The notes beneath the pieces were generated by a model, which ran no database searches, had not been told where the DNA came from, and was given only the letters and a program-made list of their open reading frames with translations. From sequence record NC_029091.1: a stretch of DNA of 64,000 nt. One strand, 5' to 3'. A program made the translations under genes and the position numbers. Shown piece by piece: positions 63,885 to 64,000 of the stretch (position 1 is its first letter; every line of letters starts with the position of its first letter). The stretch is from Escherichia phage APCEc01.

Positions 63885-63891
63885 GGATATT

Positions 63892-64000
63892 ATGCTTTAC
63901 GATTATACTGGAAAATCTGAAGACGGTGTACTTGAACTTTTACCTGAAAGCGCTGAAGATGATGATACGGTGGTGATGTTTTGTAAAAATGGCCCTGGGG
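63892..64000 (+). CDS. hypothetical protein, partial (3' end beyond window)
   Basis: ATG with SD GAGGA; MLYDYTGKSEDGVLELL... Confidence 0.35.
   Translation, partial: MLYDYTGKSEDGVLELLPESAEDDDTVVMFCKNGPG

Overview
This window is a contiguous segment of a T4-like myovirus genome (Tevenvirinae, very close to Escherichia phage T4), in reverse orientation relative to the usual T4 map. Calls rest on my recollection of T4 protein sequences, gene sizes and gene order plus motifs read directly in the ORF translations; no database search was run. Positions 1-41169 are the late structural module, mostly on the minus strand: baseplate hub genes 29/28/27/51, divergent 26/25, uvsY/uvsW, inh/hoc, rnlB, then head genes 24/23/22/21/68/67/20, tail tube and sheath 19/18, terminase 17/16, neck 15/14/13, fibritin, and baseplate/short fibre genes 12 to 5 and 53. 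Positions 41231-64000 are plus-strand genes: 4/2/3/1/57A/57B, then an early-gene accessory region of many small ORFs, two tRNAs, nudE, lysozyme e, denV, regB, tk and rI. The structural genes carry T4-type late promoters (TATAAATA); the accessory region is punctuated by repeated T4-type early promoters embedded in stem-loops (PeSL-like cassettes) and rho-independent terminators. No CRISPR array, transposon, intron or homing endonuclease gene was found. The most interesting items are a GrcA/YfiD-like glycyl-radical cofactor gene with a host-like codon island, six ORFs with capsid-targeting N-termini (internal proteins), a macrodomain-like protein, the 57B/Acb1-like 2H phosphoesterase, and two families of small paralogous proteins with conserved C-terminal motifs. 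Promoter and hairpin coordinates were indexed by hand and may be off by 1-2 nt.
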